Source of the DNA: Salinispira sp.
Lineage (GTDB): Bacteria > Spirochaetota > Spirochaetia > DSM-27196 > Salinispiraceae
Assembly (NCBI GenBank): GCA_965602015.1
Contig: OZ271918.1
Coordinates: forward strand, 128,001-192,000
DNA length: 64,000 nucleotides
Direction of reading: 5' to 3'
Shown: positions 25,350 through 34,523 of the stretch, piece after piece
Numbering within the stretch: the first letter of the stretch is position 1
Layout: each line of letters starts with the position of its first letter
Position numbers and translations under genes: made by a program
Notes under the pieces: generated by a model
The model's database searches: none
The model's input: only the letters and a program-made list of their open reading frames with translations
What the model was told of the DNA's origin: nothing

Positions 25350-26602
25350 AAGTGCCCCCAAAACAGCTGATCGAATCAACATAACTCTTTTGCCAGTAGT
25401 CTTCTATGACACGATTCCCGCTCATAGGAGATTACCATGGCATTTCACCCCCGTTTCTGTCCGTACTCGGACTGCTCTCAGCATCATCGCGACAAAGCAT
25501 CAAGCCGGTGCTGGTTTGTCCGAAACGGCCACTATCACTGCCGCCGCCTCGGTTCTTCCCAGCGCTATCGCTGTAAGCATTGCCGTCGCTACTTCTGCGA
25601 AAGCTCGTTTCACCTCGATTATCGCACACATCATCGCCTCGATTACCGGCGCATCTTTTCTTCGATCAATTCGGCCTCCGGTATCCGCGACATTGCCCGG
25701 GAGTTTTATGTCACCGACAAGGTCATTCTCAATCGGCTGAGCCGCCTGTCCCGTCAGGCGATCGCTGCCATGGCCGAGTTATTGAACGATCATACAATCG
25801 ATGAGGATAATGCCGTTGATGGGTTTGAAAGCTTTGTGTACAGCCAATACTGGCCGAACAACTTCACCCTCGCGGTGGGTTCCGACAGCCAGGTTGTCTA
25901 TGCGTGCGACTATGCGCAGATGCGGCGAAAAGGGCGGATGACTCCCGCACAAAAGCGCCGGCGCGATGAGCTCAATCGCCGGTATCCTATTGCAGGGGGA
26001 CAAATTGCGCGATCTTTCCGTGATGTGATAAACACCATTCTTCCCCGGTGGAAGGCCTATTCATCGAAGAAGCCATGCTATCTCTTGAGCGATGAAAAAC
26101 TCGAATACCGCCGTGAGCTGTTCGCTCATCGGGACTGGGCGGCGTTGGAAAATGCAGGGCGGGTGATCCATCACCGAACCTCATCGAGGGTGGTCAGGAC
26201 CACTGAAAACCCCCTGTTTCCGGTGAATTACCTGGACCGGGAGATACGAAAGGATCAATCCTGTCATGTCCGCCAGAGCGTGCAGTGGTCAAAATCGGTG
26301 AACAACAGCATGGAGCGGATGATGATTTACATCGCTTATCATAACCTGCTCAAGCCGTATCGGATAAACGGACGTAACGATATCAGCCATGGTGAGGTTG
26401 CGGGGTTTGACCGAAGGCGGGTACTCACGTTGGTAAAACGGATGTTTACACAGCGGGCCTTCGTTCATCATCTGGTGCTGGATATCAGTCAATGGAAGAC
26501 CTGGCATCGGATCTGGAAGACACCGGTGAGTGCGCTGAAGATCGATCTTCCAGATTATGCGGTGGCCTGAGGAGCGGGAAATCAGCTGTTTTGGGGGCAC
26601 TT
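25350..26602 (+). mobile_element. Insertion sequence, IS1-like single ORF, 22-bp perfect terminal inverted repeats
   Basis: AAGTGCCCCCAAAACAGCTGAT (25350-25371) / ATCAGCTGTTTTGGGGGCACTT (26581-26602) bracket a transposase ORF. Confidence 0.9.
25437..26570 (+). CDS. Transposase, IS1/IS1595-like (Zn ribbon + HTH + DDE-like core)
   Basis: CPxxxC...G...QRYRCKHCRRYF Zn ribbon, GIRDIAREF HTH, VDGFESF, LSDEK, RxSVQWSKS. Confidence 0.85.
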   Translation: MAFHPRFCPYSDCSQHHRDKASSRCWFVRNGHYHCRRLGSSQRYRCKHCRRYFCESSFHLDYRTHHRLDYRRIFSSINSASGIRDIAREFYVTDKVILNRLSRLSRQAIAAMAELLNDHTIDEDNAVDGFESFVYSQYWPNNFTLAVGSDSQVVYACDYAQMRRKGRMTPAQKRRRDELNRRYPIAGGQIARSFRDVINTILPRWKAYSSKKPCYLLSDEKLEYRRELFAHRDWAALENAGRVIHHRTSSRVVRTTENPLFPVNYLDREIRKDQSCHVRQSVQWSKSVNNSMERMMIYIAYHNLLKPYRINGRNDISHGEVAGFDRRRVLTLVKRMFTQRAFVHHLVLDISQWKTWHRIWKTPVSALKIDLPDYAVA

Positions 26603-26605
26603 CAT

Positions 26606-26642
26606 AAAAACCACCCTTGAAGAGGAGACTGCTTCAAGGGTG
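26606..26642 (-). terminator. Intrinsic terminator of the candidate sRNA
   Basis: Minus strand CACCCTTGAAG-CAGTCTCCT-CTTCAAGGGTG-GTTTTT. Confidence 0.75.
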
Positions 26643-26748
26643 ATTGGGGGAAGTCGCTGGAGGCTAGCGACATAACTTTTTTACACGCTATGGTTACCAT
26701 AGCGGCAGCTGGGCAAAAGGGGGATGCGGTGGAGGATGCCCATACTGC
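26606..26748 (-). ncRNA. Candidate sigma54-dependent small RNA with C-rich loops
   Basis: Consensus -24/-12 promoter places +1 at the first base of stem 1; four hairpins; the last is an 11-bp stem followed by GUUUUU; no credible ORF. Confidence 0.7.
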
Positions 26749-26758
26749 ACTTATATAA

Positions 26759-26774
26759 TGCAAAAGCCGTGCCA
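26759..26774 (-). promoter_or_regulatory. sigma54 (RpoN) -24/-12 promoter
   Basis: Minus strand TGGCACGGCTTTTGCA, an exact match to TGGCACG-N4-TTGCW. Confidence 0.8.
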
Positions 26775-26943
26775 TCTACAAATTTTAAGAATTTACATGA
26801 ATTAGGGTGTGTATGACGAGCTGAGCATGCTTCCGGATAGATAACGCTATGCAATTTGGATAACTGTATGCTAAAAACATTATATTTTGCATACCCGATG
26901 CTTCTTGTCTTTACGGTGCACAACTGCTACATTCTTCACCCCG

Positions 26944-27951
26944 ATGAGTAACCGACGTATTCTTCAATCAATAATCAACAGGCAGGACGCTGGTCGTACT
27001 CTTCTTGATTGGCTTGTTTCTCGTTTTCGGTATCTCGACGTAGAGCAATGGACTGCTGAGATTCGCGAGGGTCGTGTAAGGGTAAATGGTCGCCGGAGCG
27101 ATGGAGGTCATGAGCTTCAGTCTGGTGACTGTGTTATTTTCGAGCCTGAAGACCTTCATGAACCGGAAGTGAACAAGGATTACTCTTTTGTTTACCGAGA
27201 CGATGATTTTGCATTGATAAACAAGCCGGCTAATCTTCCCAGTCACCCCGGCGGTATTTATCGGGAGAACAGTCTCTGGTCGCTGCTTGTCGGGAAATAC
27301 CCCACTGCTACTTTGGTTAATCGTCTGGACCGGGAGACCAGCGGCATTATTCTCGTCGCCCTGAGCGATAAGGGACGTAAAGCTCTGGATATTCAGCTTG
27401 GCAATAGTGCGCTGGAGAAGGAGTACCTTGTGCTTGTTCACGGCGATACTCCTGGTCAGTTCCGGGCTGACGGCTGGATCAGCCACGATAATAAAAGCGA
27501 GATCCGGAAGAAGCGAAAGTTTTACCTGAGTTTTCCCGACGGCGCCAAGGCTCAATCCTGCAGCACCGGATTTTTCAAGGTGGCGGGTAACCGCGATCTT
27601 TCTCTTTTACGGGCAACCCTGGGCAGCGGCCGCACTCATCAAATTCGAGCGAGCTTGTTCTCCCTCGGATTTCCCGTGCTGGGTGATAAAATTTACGGGC
27701 TTGATGAATTGCTTTTTATTCGGCTTTCTGAGGGCAGGCTCGATGAGGATGATCTACGCACCTTGGTGTTGAGCCACCAGGCGCTGCATAGTGTGAAACT
27801 GACTATTTCTTTCAAATCACATTCCCCTATTAGGCCAGGGGAAAGTCTGGAGTTTTTTGCCCCCCTTCCTGCAGATTTCGCCGCTGTAGTTAATGAGCGT
27901 CTATCGACTGATTTGCATTCTCTCGACGGAGTTAAAGCGCTTTGGCAGTAA
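26944..27951 (+). CDS. RluA family pseudouridine synthase with S4 domain
   Basis: INKPANLPSHP, VNRLDRETSG, GRTHQIRA, LGDKIYG, QALH. Confidence 0.95.
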   Translation: MSNRRILQSIINRQDAGRTLLDWLVSRFRYLDVEQWTAEIREGRVRVNGRRSDGGHELQSGDCVIFEPEDLHEPEVNKDYSFVYRDDDFALINKPANLPSHPGGIYRENSLWSLLVGKYPTATLVNRLDRETSGIILVALSDKGRKALDIQLGNSALEKEYLVLVHGDTPGQFRADGWISHDNKSEIRKKRKFYLSFPDGAKAQSCSTGFFKVAGNRDLSLLRATLGSGRTHQIRASLFSLGFPVLGDKIYGLDELLFIRLSEGRLDEDDLRTLVLSHQALHSVKLTISFKSHSPIRPGESLEFFAPLPADFAAVVNERLSTDLHSLDGVKALWQ

Positions 27952-30719
27952 GCAGTTATTTTCCCTGGCAAGCTGAACAGTTTGTCGATCAGGCCGGACG
28001 ACGAGAAACCCTTCGATTACTGAGAAACAATCGGGTTTTATCAGTAGTAGCAGGATCAGATCTTGAAGCAAGGGTATTCGATAGCGATGGACTGGCCTTC
28101 ACGCCGCATTTTTCCTTTGTTGGCGGAGAGTTTTTACCTGCTTGTAGCTGCAAGTCCGGGCCGCCCTGCGTTCACTCGGCAGCCCTTTTGGTTTATGGAT
28201 TCCATCATGGTCTTTTACCGGGTTTTCATGAGTATGAGCTCGATGATCTGGTAAACGAGCTTATCGGGTTAGCATCGGGAAGCGATCTGCGGGCCGGCAA
28301 TGATGCACAGGATCTTTTTTTCACCGGAAGTCCGACGAAGGAGCAGAAGCACGATAGGCCCTATCCCCTACATCCTTCATCGGAGAATGATGCGCCATCC
28401 GGCATCGCTGCTCGGCATACTGGCCGTACGAAACCCTCCCGCCGTGGTGATTCGAATTTCGCGGTACAATCCCCAGCAGTTGTCGTTTCCACCGACGATT
28501 CAGACGGGGATCAGGTAAGCAAGGATATGTCCTCCGATCCGTTTTCCGAGGCTTTCGGGGAACGTGATGAACCGCAACAGAGTTTTATCGGACGGGTCGA
28601 GCCGTTTCTGAAAATTCAGGCCACTGGTCAGGGTACGGGGATAGAGTTCTGGTTCAGGTATCCCCACGGCGAAGTGGGTTGGCGGGAACCGGAGAACCCA
28701 TCGATAGATCACACAGCTGCCGATGAGATTCCCCTGAAACGTCAGCATGAGGCAGAGAATGCGTTTGTCAGTCGCGTGCGCTCACTCATCGGCGCTGATC
28801 TTGTTTTCGAACGGGGTTTGTATGCCGATCTCTTCAAAGATGGTCCCCTCCAGGATCTCCAGATACGAAACTCTCCCGAGGAATTTTTGATGGACAAGGG
28901 GGCTCGACTGCTCGCAGAGGGTATCGAGGTGCGCATAGAAAACCGGCCGGTGCGTATCGACAAGGAGCTCGTTTTTACCGTTGAAAGCGATCTTGATCTG
29001 TTGGGCATCCGGGCGTCGGTAAAAAGCGTTGACGGGAGTACGGTGCTGCCGATTACCAGGATGGATAGCGGCGCTCTTTCGCGGGGTATGGTTGAGGCGG
29101 ATGGCCAGTTTGTCCTGTTGCGCTCTGAGGATTTGAAGCGCCTCGAGTATCTCAGCCGTCGCGGAATGAGCGGGGACGGACTTCTCACGGCTTCCTCAAT
29201 AAATATGGTGCTTCTCGAGAAGATATATCAGCAGACCTCCGCTGAGGACCGGGCCGCGGTGAATCAGATACTCGAGAGAAAGGCCTGTCTCGATGATATT
29301 CGCTCGATCCCGGTATACGATCCTCCCGTGGGTCTGGCAACCCGGTTGCGCAACTATCAGCACTACGGATATAACTGGTTGAATTATATGCTGGATAATT
29401 CCCTCAATCCCTGTTTGGCCGATGATATGGGACTGGGCAAGACTATCCAAACCCTGAGTCTCCTGCTTAATCGAAGGGAAAAAAGCCCCGGCGGCACTTC
29501 TTTGGTTGTCTGCCCTGTGGTGACCATGGCTAATTGGGAGGCGGAAGCCCGCCGATTTACTCCCGATCTTGAGGTGGTACTTCACAAGGGTGACAACCGG
29601 GCGCAATCAGTAGATGAACTCGTGTCGGCTGATGTGGTGCTCGTATCATATCAAACGTTACGCATGGATCTGGCCATATTTGTCGAACGCCGCTGGGATC
29701 TTCTGATTCTGGATGAGGCTCATTATATTAAGAATATTCAGTCCCAGATTTTTAAGACCGTCAGAAGTATCTCAGCGAATCACCGGGTGAGCCTAACTGG
29801 CACTCCTATTGAAAACTCGGTAATGGAACTGTTTGCCCAGATGGATTTTCTGAATCCGGGGCTGCTGGGGACCCCTCGTCAGTTCTATGCCGACTTTTTT
29901 AAGGGCATTCAGCGCGAGGGTGATGAAAACCTTCTCGATGAGCTCAAGGAGTTGGTGCGTCCCTTTATTCTTCGAAGGACTAAGGATGAGGTACTCGAGG
30001 AGCTGCCGGGAAAGGAAGTGATGGTTCGTTATGTTGATATGGAGGCCGATCAACGCGAGCTATACGAGTTTCAGCGAAACCAAATTCTCGAAGAGTTGGA
30101 AATTACCAGCGAAGCTTCGTTAAAGGGCACTTTGGTATTTAAATCCTTGCTACAATTGCGTCAGTTGGCCATTCATCCGCCGCTGGCCGACCGGGCTCAC
30201 CACGGCGTGAGTTCGGCGAAAATTGATTCCCTCGAGCTTCTGATGTCTGATATTCTTCAGGAGGATCACAAGGTCCTTATTTTCAGTCAGTTCATCGGGA
30301 GCCTTGAGGCTATCTCCGGCATGTGTGAAAAACGGGGCTGGGACAGGGTGCTGCTCACCGGGAAAACCCAGGATCGCAGCAGGGAAGTAGAGCGGTTTCA
30401 GAAGGATCCGGATGTAAAGGTTTTTCTTCTGAGTCTGAAGGCCGGCGGAGTCGGTATTAATTTGACCGCTGCGGATTATGTGATCATTTTCGACCCATGG
30501 TGGAACCCCGCTGCGGAGCAGCAGGCGATCGACAGGGCCCACCGCATGGGACAGACCAAGCGGGTCATGGCATATAAGCTCATTGTTCGGGATAGCATAG
30601 AAGAAAAAATTCTCGAACTGCAAAACCAAAAGAGCATGTTGGCCGATGAAATCATAAATGCCGGAGGCAGTCTGCTCAGCCATCTTTCCCGGGAGCAGAT
30701 GCTTTCCTTATTTAGTTAA
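27942..30719 (+). CDS. SWIM-SNF2 family helicase
   Basis: CSC...CVH SWIM; LADDMGLGKT, DEAH, LTGTPIEN, LKAGGVGINLT, QAIDRAHRMGQ. Confidence 0.95.
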   Translation: MAVSSYFPWQAEQFVDQAGRRETLRLLRNNRVLSVVAGSDLEARVFDSDGLAFTPHFSFVGGEFLPACSCKSGPPCVHSAALLVYGFHHGLLPGFHEYELDDLVNELIGLASGSDLRAGNDAQDLFFTGSPTKEQKHDRPYPLHPSSENDAPSGIAARHTGRTKPSRRGDSNFAVQSPAVVVSTDDSDGDQVSKDMSSDPFSEAFGERDEPQQSFIGRVEPFLKIQATGQGTGIEFWFRYPHGEVGWREPENPSIDHTAADEIPLKRQHEAENAFVSRVRSLIGADLVFERGLYADLFKDGPLQDLQIRNSPEEFLMDKGARLLAEGIEVRIENRPVRIDKELVFTVESDLDLLGIRASVKSVDGSTVLPITRMDSGALSRGMVEADGQFVLLRSEDLKRLEYLSRRGMSGDGLLTASSINMVLLEKIYQQTSAEDRAAVNQILERKACLDDIRSIPVYDPPVGLATRLRNYQHYGYNWLNYMLDNSLNPCLADDMGLGKTIQTLSLLLNRREKSPGGTSLVVCPVVTMANWEAEARRFTPDLEVVLHKGDNRAQSVDELVSADVVLVSYQTLRMDLAIFVERRWDLLILDEAHYIKNIQSQIFKTVRSISANHRVSLTGTPIENSVMELFAQMDFLNPGLLGTPRQFYADFFKGIQREGDENLLDELKELVRPFILRRTKDEVLEELPGKEVMVRYVDMEADQRELYEFQRNQILEELEITSEASLKGTLVFKSLLQLRQLAIHPPLADRAHHGVSSAKIDSLELLMSDILQEDHKVLIFSQFIGSLEAISGMCEKRGWDRVLLTGKTQDRSREVERFQKDPDVKVFLLSLKAGGVGINLTAADYVIIFDPWWNPAAEQQAIDRAHRMGQTKRVMAYKLIVRDSIEEKILELQNQKSMLADEIINAGGSLLSHLSREQMLSLFS

Positions 30720-30777
30720 AAGCCGGCTATTTTGAAGATTTGATATCGGCTTATGTATATGAAAAAAGAGGATAATT

Positions 30778-31395
30778 ATGGCAGAAAAGGATTACGGGAT
30801 AACAAAAGACAATCTGGAGCGTTTGAGCAAACAGCTTTCAGTGTACCATCAGGAAGCCATCCCGGCGGAATACTGGCACGGATATTTGTGCGCCATCGCC
30901 CTCAGCCCCATCGCCGTGCCTGAGCGGGAGTGGATTGCCCCGGTGATGAATCGAAGTTCACATGAGGGGAGTGTTGAAACAGAGGAAGAACTCCGCGAGG
31001 CATTAAAGGCGATTATCGATTCCCTGCATCAGAAGCGATTTAAACCCTACTTTCCCGGGGATGATGCCGATTGGCGGAGCTGCAGCACTGAACAGTGGTG
31101 CGAGGGGTTTCTTACCGCCACCCATCACTGGCCTGGAGACCTGCAACAGAGCGCAAGCGGGGAACTGGTAGCTCTGACCCTCCCGGTAATTCTGTTTCAC
31201 AATCCCGCGGAATACTTTGAAAGTCAAGCTCCCTCGACCAGCGAATCTGAAAGGGAGGAGTTGATGGATCAGAGCTTTACCTTTCTTCCCGAGGGCCTCT
31301 ATGAACTGCCGGATTTGTGGCAGGAGGTCTTACAGGAACAGAGCCCTGATGATGAGGATCCCGACAGCCCGGACCCCTCGCAGCTCATGGAGTAA
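30778..31395 (+). CDS. UPF0149/YecA family protein
   Basis: HGYLCAIALSP...EREWI, WCEGF; SD GAGG. Confidence 0.8.
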   Translation: MAEKDYGITKDNLERLSKQLSVYHQEAIPAEYWHGYLCAIALSPIAVPEREWIAPVMNRSSHEGSVETEEELREALKAIIDSLHQKRFKPYFPGDDADWRSCSTEQWCEGFLTATHHWPGDLQQSASGELVALTLPVILFHNPAEYFESQAPSTSESEREELMDQSFTFLPEGLYELPDLWQEVLQEQSPDDEDPDSPDPSQLME

Positions 31396-31447
31396 GCACC
31401 ATTCGGCCCATTTGCGGTTGAGTTGAGTTCCTTGTACACTGATATGT

Positions 31448-33703
31448 ATGGAACTCAGCGGTTTTGAAAATCCCGTCGGTCTCATTATTCCCGGCTATTC
31501 CTTTTATGTCACCATGGAACTGTCAGCCGGCATTGATGAGGTTTTTTCACCGCTCGGCATATCCTGGATAAGTATTTCCGGGGGATATATCGCCGCAAAG
31601 CCCGAGGATGCTGCCAAGTCTTCGGATCATCGCACTCATGACGCTCAAGGCAACTGGATTTATGACCTCATCCCCCGCATCGATCTTTCGGGTGCAATTG
31701 TCTACGGCGGCGGATTAATCTACGACGTCAGCGATCTCTATCTGCGGAATATCATTGATTCGCTCCCGGGAATTCCTGTGGTGAATGTGGGAACCGCCAA
31801 TGCGCCGGTGCCCTGCGTTAATGCCGATAACTATAACGGTATGTTTCAGCTGGTCGATGAGGTCCTCCAGTCCCTTCAAGACCGGACGGAGGCACAGCGG
31901 ACCACAGTTTCCGACGGCCTTGTGTTCATTGCAGGCCCCAAAGGCAATTTTGAAGCTGACGAACGATTGCGGGCTTTTGGCGATGCCTGTGCCGCCCGGG
32001 GTGTAGGCATCGACGATACGCGTATCCTTCCCGGTGATTTCACCTCCGATACCGCCAGAGAACTAACCCGTGCGGTTCTGGACGACAGAAAAAGGCCTCC
32101 TCGAGCAATTATCTGCTGTAATGACCTGTCGGCTTTTGGCGCATCTGAAATCCTCAAAGATCGGGGCATACGCATCCCGAAGGATTGTATTCTCACCGGT
32201 TTTGACGATTTTGAGTATGCCGCGGCAATGCATCCCTCGTTGAGCACGGTCCATTTCCCCATCAGGGAGATGGGCCGCGAAGCCGCCAGGCTGATAATCA
32301 GGCAGAGCGAAGAATCCTCTGCTCCCCGCGCGACCAAAATCATCAGCATCCCCGCCTTTACCGTCCTCAGGGAATCCACGGGTCACCGGCTTCAGAAACG
32401 TCAGATTGCCCGCGCCAGGGAAATGCTCCTGTTCGACATGCGCTCCAAAGAAAAAGCGCCCTATAGAAGCATGTTCACCAAAGCGCTCCTTGAGTCGCCG
32501 CGGTTGAAAAGCATCATGCCTGCTTTGATGGAAATTTTGCCTGAATGTGGAGTGTATTCCCTGGGTGTGTTTCTCTATACCGATGTTCCGACCATGCCCG
32601 ATAAAAAAATGCTGCGGCTTGATGACGGTTTTATCAGGAAGCCTTCAGGCGAGATTATCAGGCTTGAACCGGATTCCCAGCTCTTCGAGGAGGGCCGGGT
32701 ACTGTGTCCCCAGGATCATTTTAACGCGATCCGGTCGAGCGGGCCCCGGCTTCATCTCTGTCCTCTCCAGCATGAGCAGTTGCGCCTCGGGTACATATTG
32801 ACCACAAGTTCCGAGGTTGCGCTGGATTTTCCTGAAAACATAGCGGATCAGCTCTCGGGCTATCTTCACCGGTGGCGGCTCTTTCGCAGTTCTCAGCGAC
32901 AGCAGGAAGAAATGCAGAGAATGATTGCCCGCCTGCAGGAGATGCAAATCGCCCTGGACAATGTGGAGCAGCTGCAACAGATGGGGCGCCTGGTTGCCGG
33001 TGTGGGTCATGAACTCAATACTCCCATCGGCTCAAGCCTCACCCTCGCCTCCTTTCTCGCGGACAGAGCACGGGAAGTTGAAGATCGGTTAGAAGACAGT
33101 GTCTCCGGCGGCGAAGTTGCCAAGTTTATTTCCCAGAGCCGGGAGGCTGCAGACTCGCTTATGCGAAATTTGAACCGGAGTTCTAAGCTTATTAGAACCT
33201 TTCGCTCGCTATCTGTTGATCCCGCGGAAAACAATGTTCGCCGGTTTTTTTTGTATCAGGTACTGGATGTGTGCGTTCAACGCTTTCTCGATCTGCCGGA
33301 TTTTCGCTTAACCTTACGAAGCGACTGCCCGGAGAATATAGAGCTCACAAACGATCCGGAAGCTATAGAGTTCTGCATCGAGCAGTTGTTGGAGAACAGT
33401 CTTCACCATTCGTACTCCGGAGAAACCCGGGGAACCGTGGACATCCATGTCGTAAAAGAAGCTCAAAGAGTCATTTTGCGGTATCGGGATTACGGACACC
33501 TGCACCCTGAGCTCGATATGGAAAGGATTTTCGAGCCGTTTTACACCACCATGAGGGCGAAAGGACGCACCGGGCTCGGTCTGCACATTGTGCAAAACAT
33601 GGTCAGATATCGCATGAAGGGCGGAATAAGCGTAGATCTGCCAAAGCAGGGGGGAATGGAGTTCCTTCTTTCCATCCCCTCAGACCTGTCTGAGCATGGC
33701 TGA
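31448..33703 (+). CDS. Soluble sensor histidine kinase with LacI-type sugar-binding domain
   Basis: N-terminal ADNYNG...CCNDLSA...TGFDD...LSTV without HTH; C-terminal GHELNTP H-box, ENS N-box, IFEPFYTT, GLGL. Confidence 0.88.
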   Translation: MELSGFENPVGLIIPGYSFYVTMELSAGIDEVFSPLGISWISISGGYIAAKPEDAAKSSDHRTHDAQGNWIYDLIPRIDLSGAIVYGGGLIYDVSDLYLRNIIDSLPGIPVVNVGTANAPVPCVNADNYNGMFQLVDEVLQSLQDRTEAQRTTVSDGLVFIAGPKGNFEADERLRAFGDACAARGVGIDDTRILPGDFTSDTARELTRAVLDDRKRPPRAIICCNDLSAFGASEILKDRGIRIPKDCILTGFDDFEYAAAMHPSLSTVHFPIREMGREAARLIIRQSEESSAPRATKIISIPAFTVLRESTGHRLQKRQIARAREMLLFDMRSKEKAPYRSMFTKALLESPRLKSIMPALMEILPECGVYSLGVFLYTDVPTMPDKKMLRLDDGFIRKPSGEIIRLEPDSQLFEEGRVLCPQDHFNAIRSSGPRLHLCPLQHEQLRLGYILTTSSEVALDFPENIADQLSGYLHRWRLFRSSQRQQEEMQRMIARLQEMQIALDNVEQLQQMGRLVAGVGHELNTPIGSSLTLASFLADRAREVEDRLEDSVSGGEVAKFISQSREAADSLMRNLNRSSKLIRTFRSLSVDPAENNVRRFFLYQVLDVCVQRFLDLPDFRLTLRSDCPENIELTNDPEAIEFCIEQLLENSLHHSYSGETRGTVDIHVVKEAQRVILRYRDYGHLHPELDMERIFEPFYTTMRAKGRTGLGLHIVQNMVRYRMKGGISVDLPKQGGMEFLLSIPSDLSEHG

Positions 33704-34475
33704 GCTGCAGCCTTTTTATAATCTCAAGGACCGGGATCTGAAAAACAGCGGGGCGTGCATCGTCGAGGGGCATACCCTGGTGCGTCGTCTTGCAGCAATA
33801 GGTATTGCACCCCTCTCACTGCTCTGTGTTGAAGGGCAGGGGGACATCTATGAGAGCCTCTTTGAAGGAAGCTGCCCGGTATACCTTCGAAATCACGATG
33901 AAATTCAGAGAATCATCGGGTTTAAGTTTCACCGCGGCGTATTGGCGGCGGTTCCCCGACCGTCGGTTCCCCGGCTTGCGGAGCAGGATAGCCTCCTGGG
34001 TGAACCCGGACTCCTGGTTTCCTGCATGCACATCCAGGAGGGCAGCAACCTCGGGGCAGTTATTCGAAGTGCAAAGGCCTTGGGAGCCCGAGGAGTCATT
34101 TTGGGTCCCGACTCTGCAGATCCGTTCTCAAGAAAAGCTGTGCGAGCTTCTGCCGCCTGGGTGTTTTCTCTTCCCTTATTCTGGTCCGAAAGCGCTGAAG
34201 CTGCAGCAGACTTACTGGCTTCCCGCCAATGGTCCCTGCTGGCCGCAGAAAGCAGCCAGGCAGGAGCGATTTCCCTTGAAGAGTTCTGCAGAGAACGTGC
34301 CGGCAGCGCTTTGGTGAGCCAAACCTTATTTTTGGGGCATGAGTTTACCGGCTTGGGAGAGGCGATGCTTTCAAGAATGGATTATTTGCTGGAGATTCCC
34401 ATGGAGGCCGGGGTGGACAGCCTGAATGTGGCAACTGCAGCAGGCATCTTTATCTACCGTTTAGTCAACAGCTAA
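33696..34475 (+). CDS. TrmH/SpoU family RNA methyltransferase
   Basis: NLGAVIRSA, LGHEFTGL, IPMEAGVDSLNVATA. Confidence 0.95.
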   Translation: MAELQPFYNLKDRDLKNSGACIVEGHTLVRRLAAIGIAPLSLLCVEGQGDIYESLFEGSCPVYLRNHDEIQRIIGFKFHRGVLAAVPRPSVPRLAEQDSLLGEPGLLVSCMHIQEGSNLGAVIRSAKALGARGVILGPDSADPFSRKAVRASAAWVFSLPLFWSESAEAAADLLASRQWSLLAAESSQAGAISLEEFCRERAGSALVSQTLFLGHEFTGLGEAMLSRMDYLLEIPMEAGVDSLNVATAAGIFIYRLVNS

Positions 34476-34523
34476 GACACATGGAGTTTTGCCATATCCC
34501 AACAAGTGTAGTAGCATATCATT

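Noticed and set aside
26610..26748. Plus-strand CsrB/Rsm-like RNA (GGA in loops)
   Set aside because: Promoter and U-tailed terminator both point to the minus strand and no plus-strand promoter or terminator is evident; not formally excluded
26681..26923. 80-aa minus ORF across the sRNA promoter
   Set aside because: No SD or recognisable motifs; it spans the sigma54 promoter and hairpins that are better explained as non-coding
27942..30719. SNF2 helicase as an anti-phage system
   Set aside because: Neighbours are housekeeping genes (RluA, UPF0149); no nuclease, methylase or other defence partner
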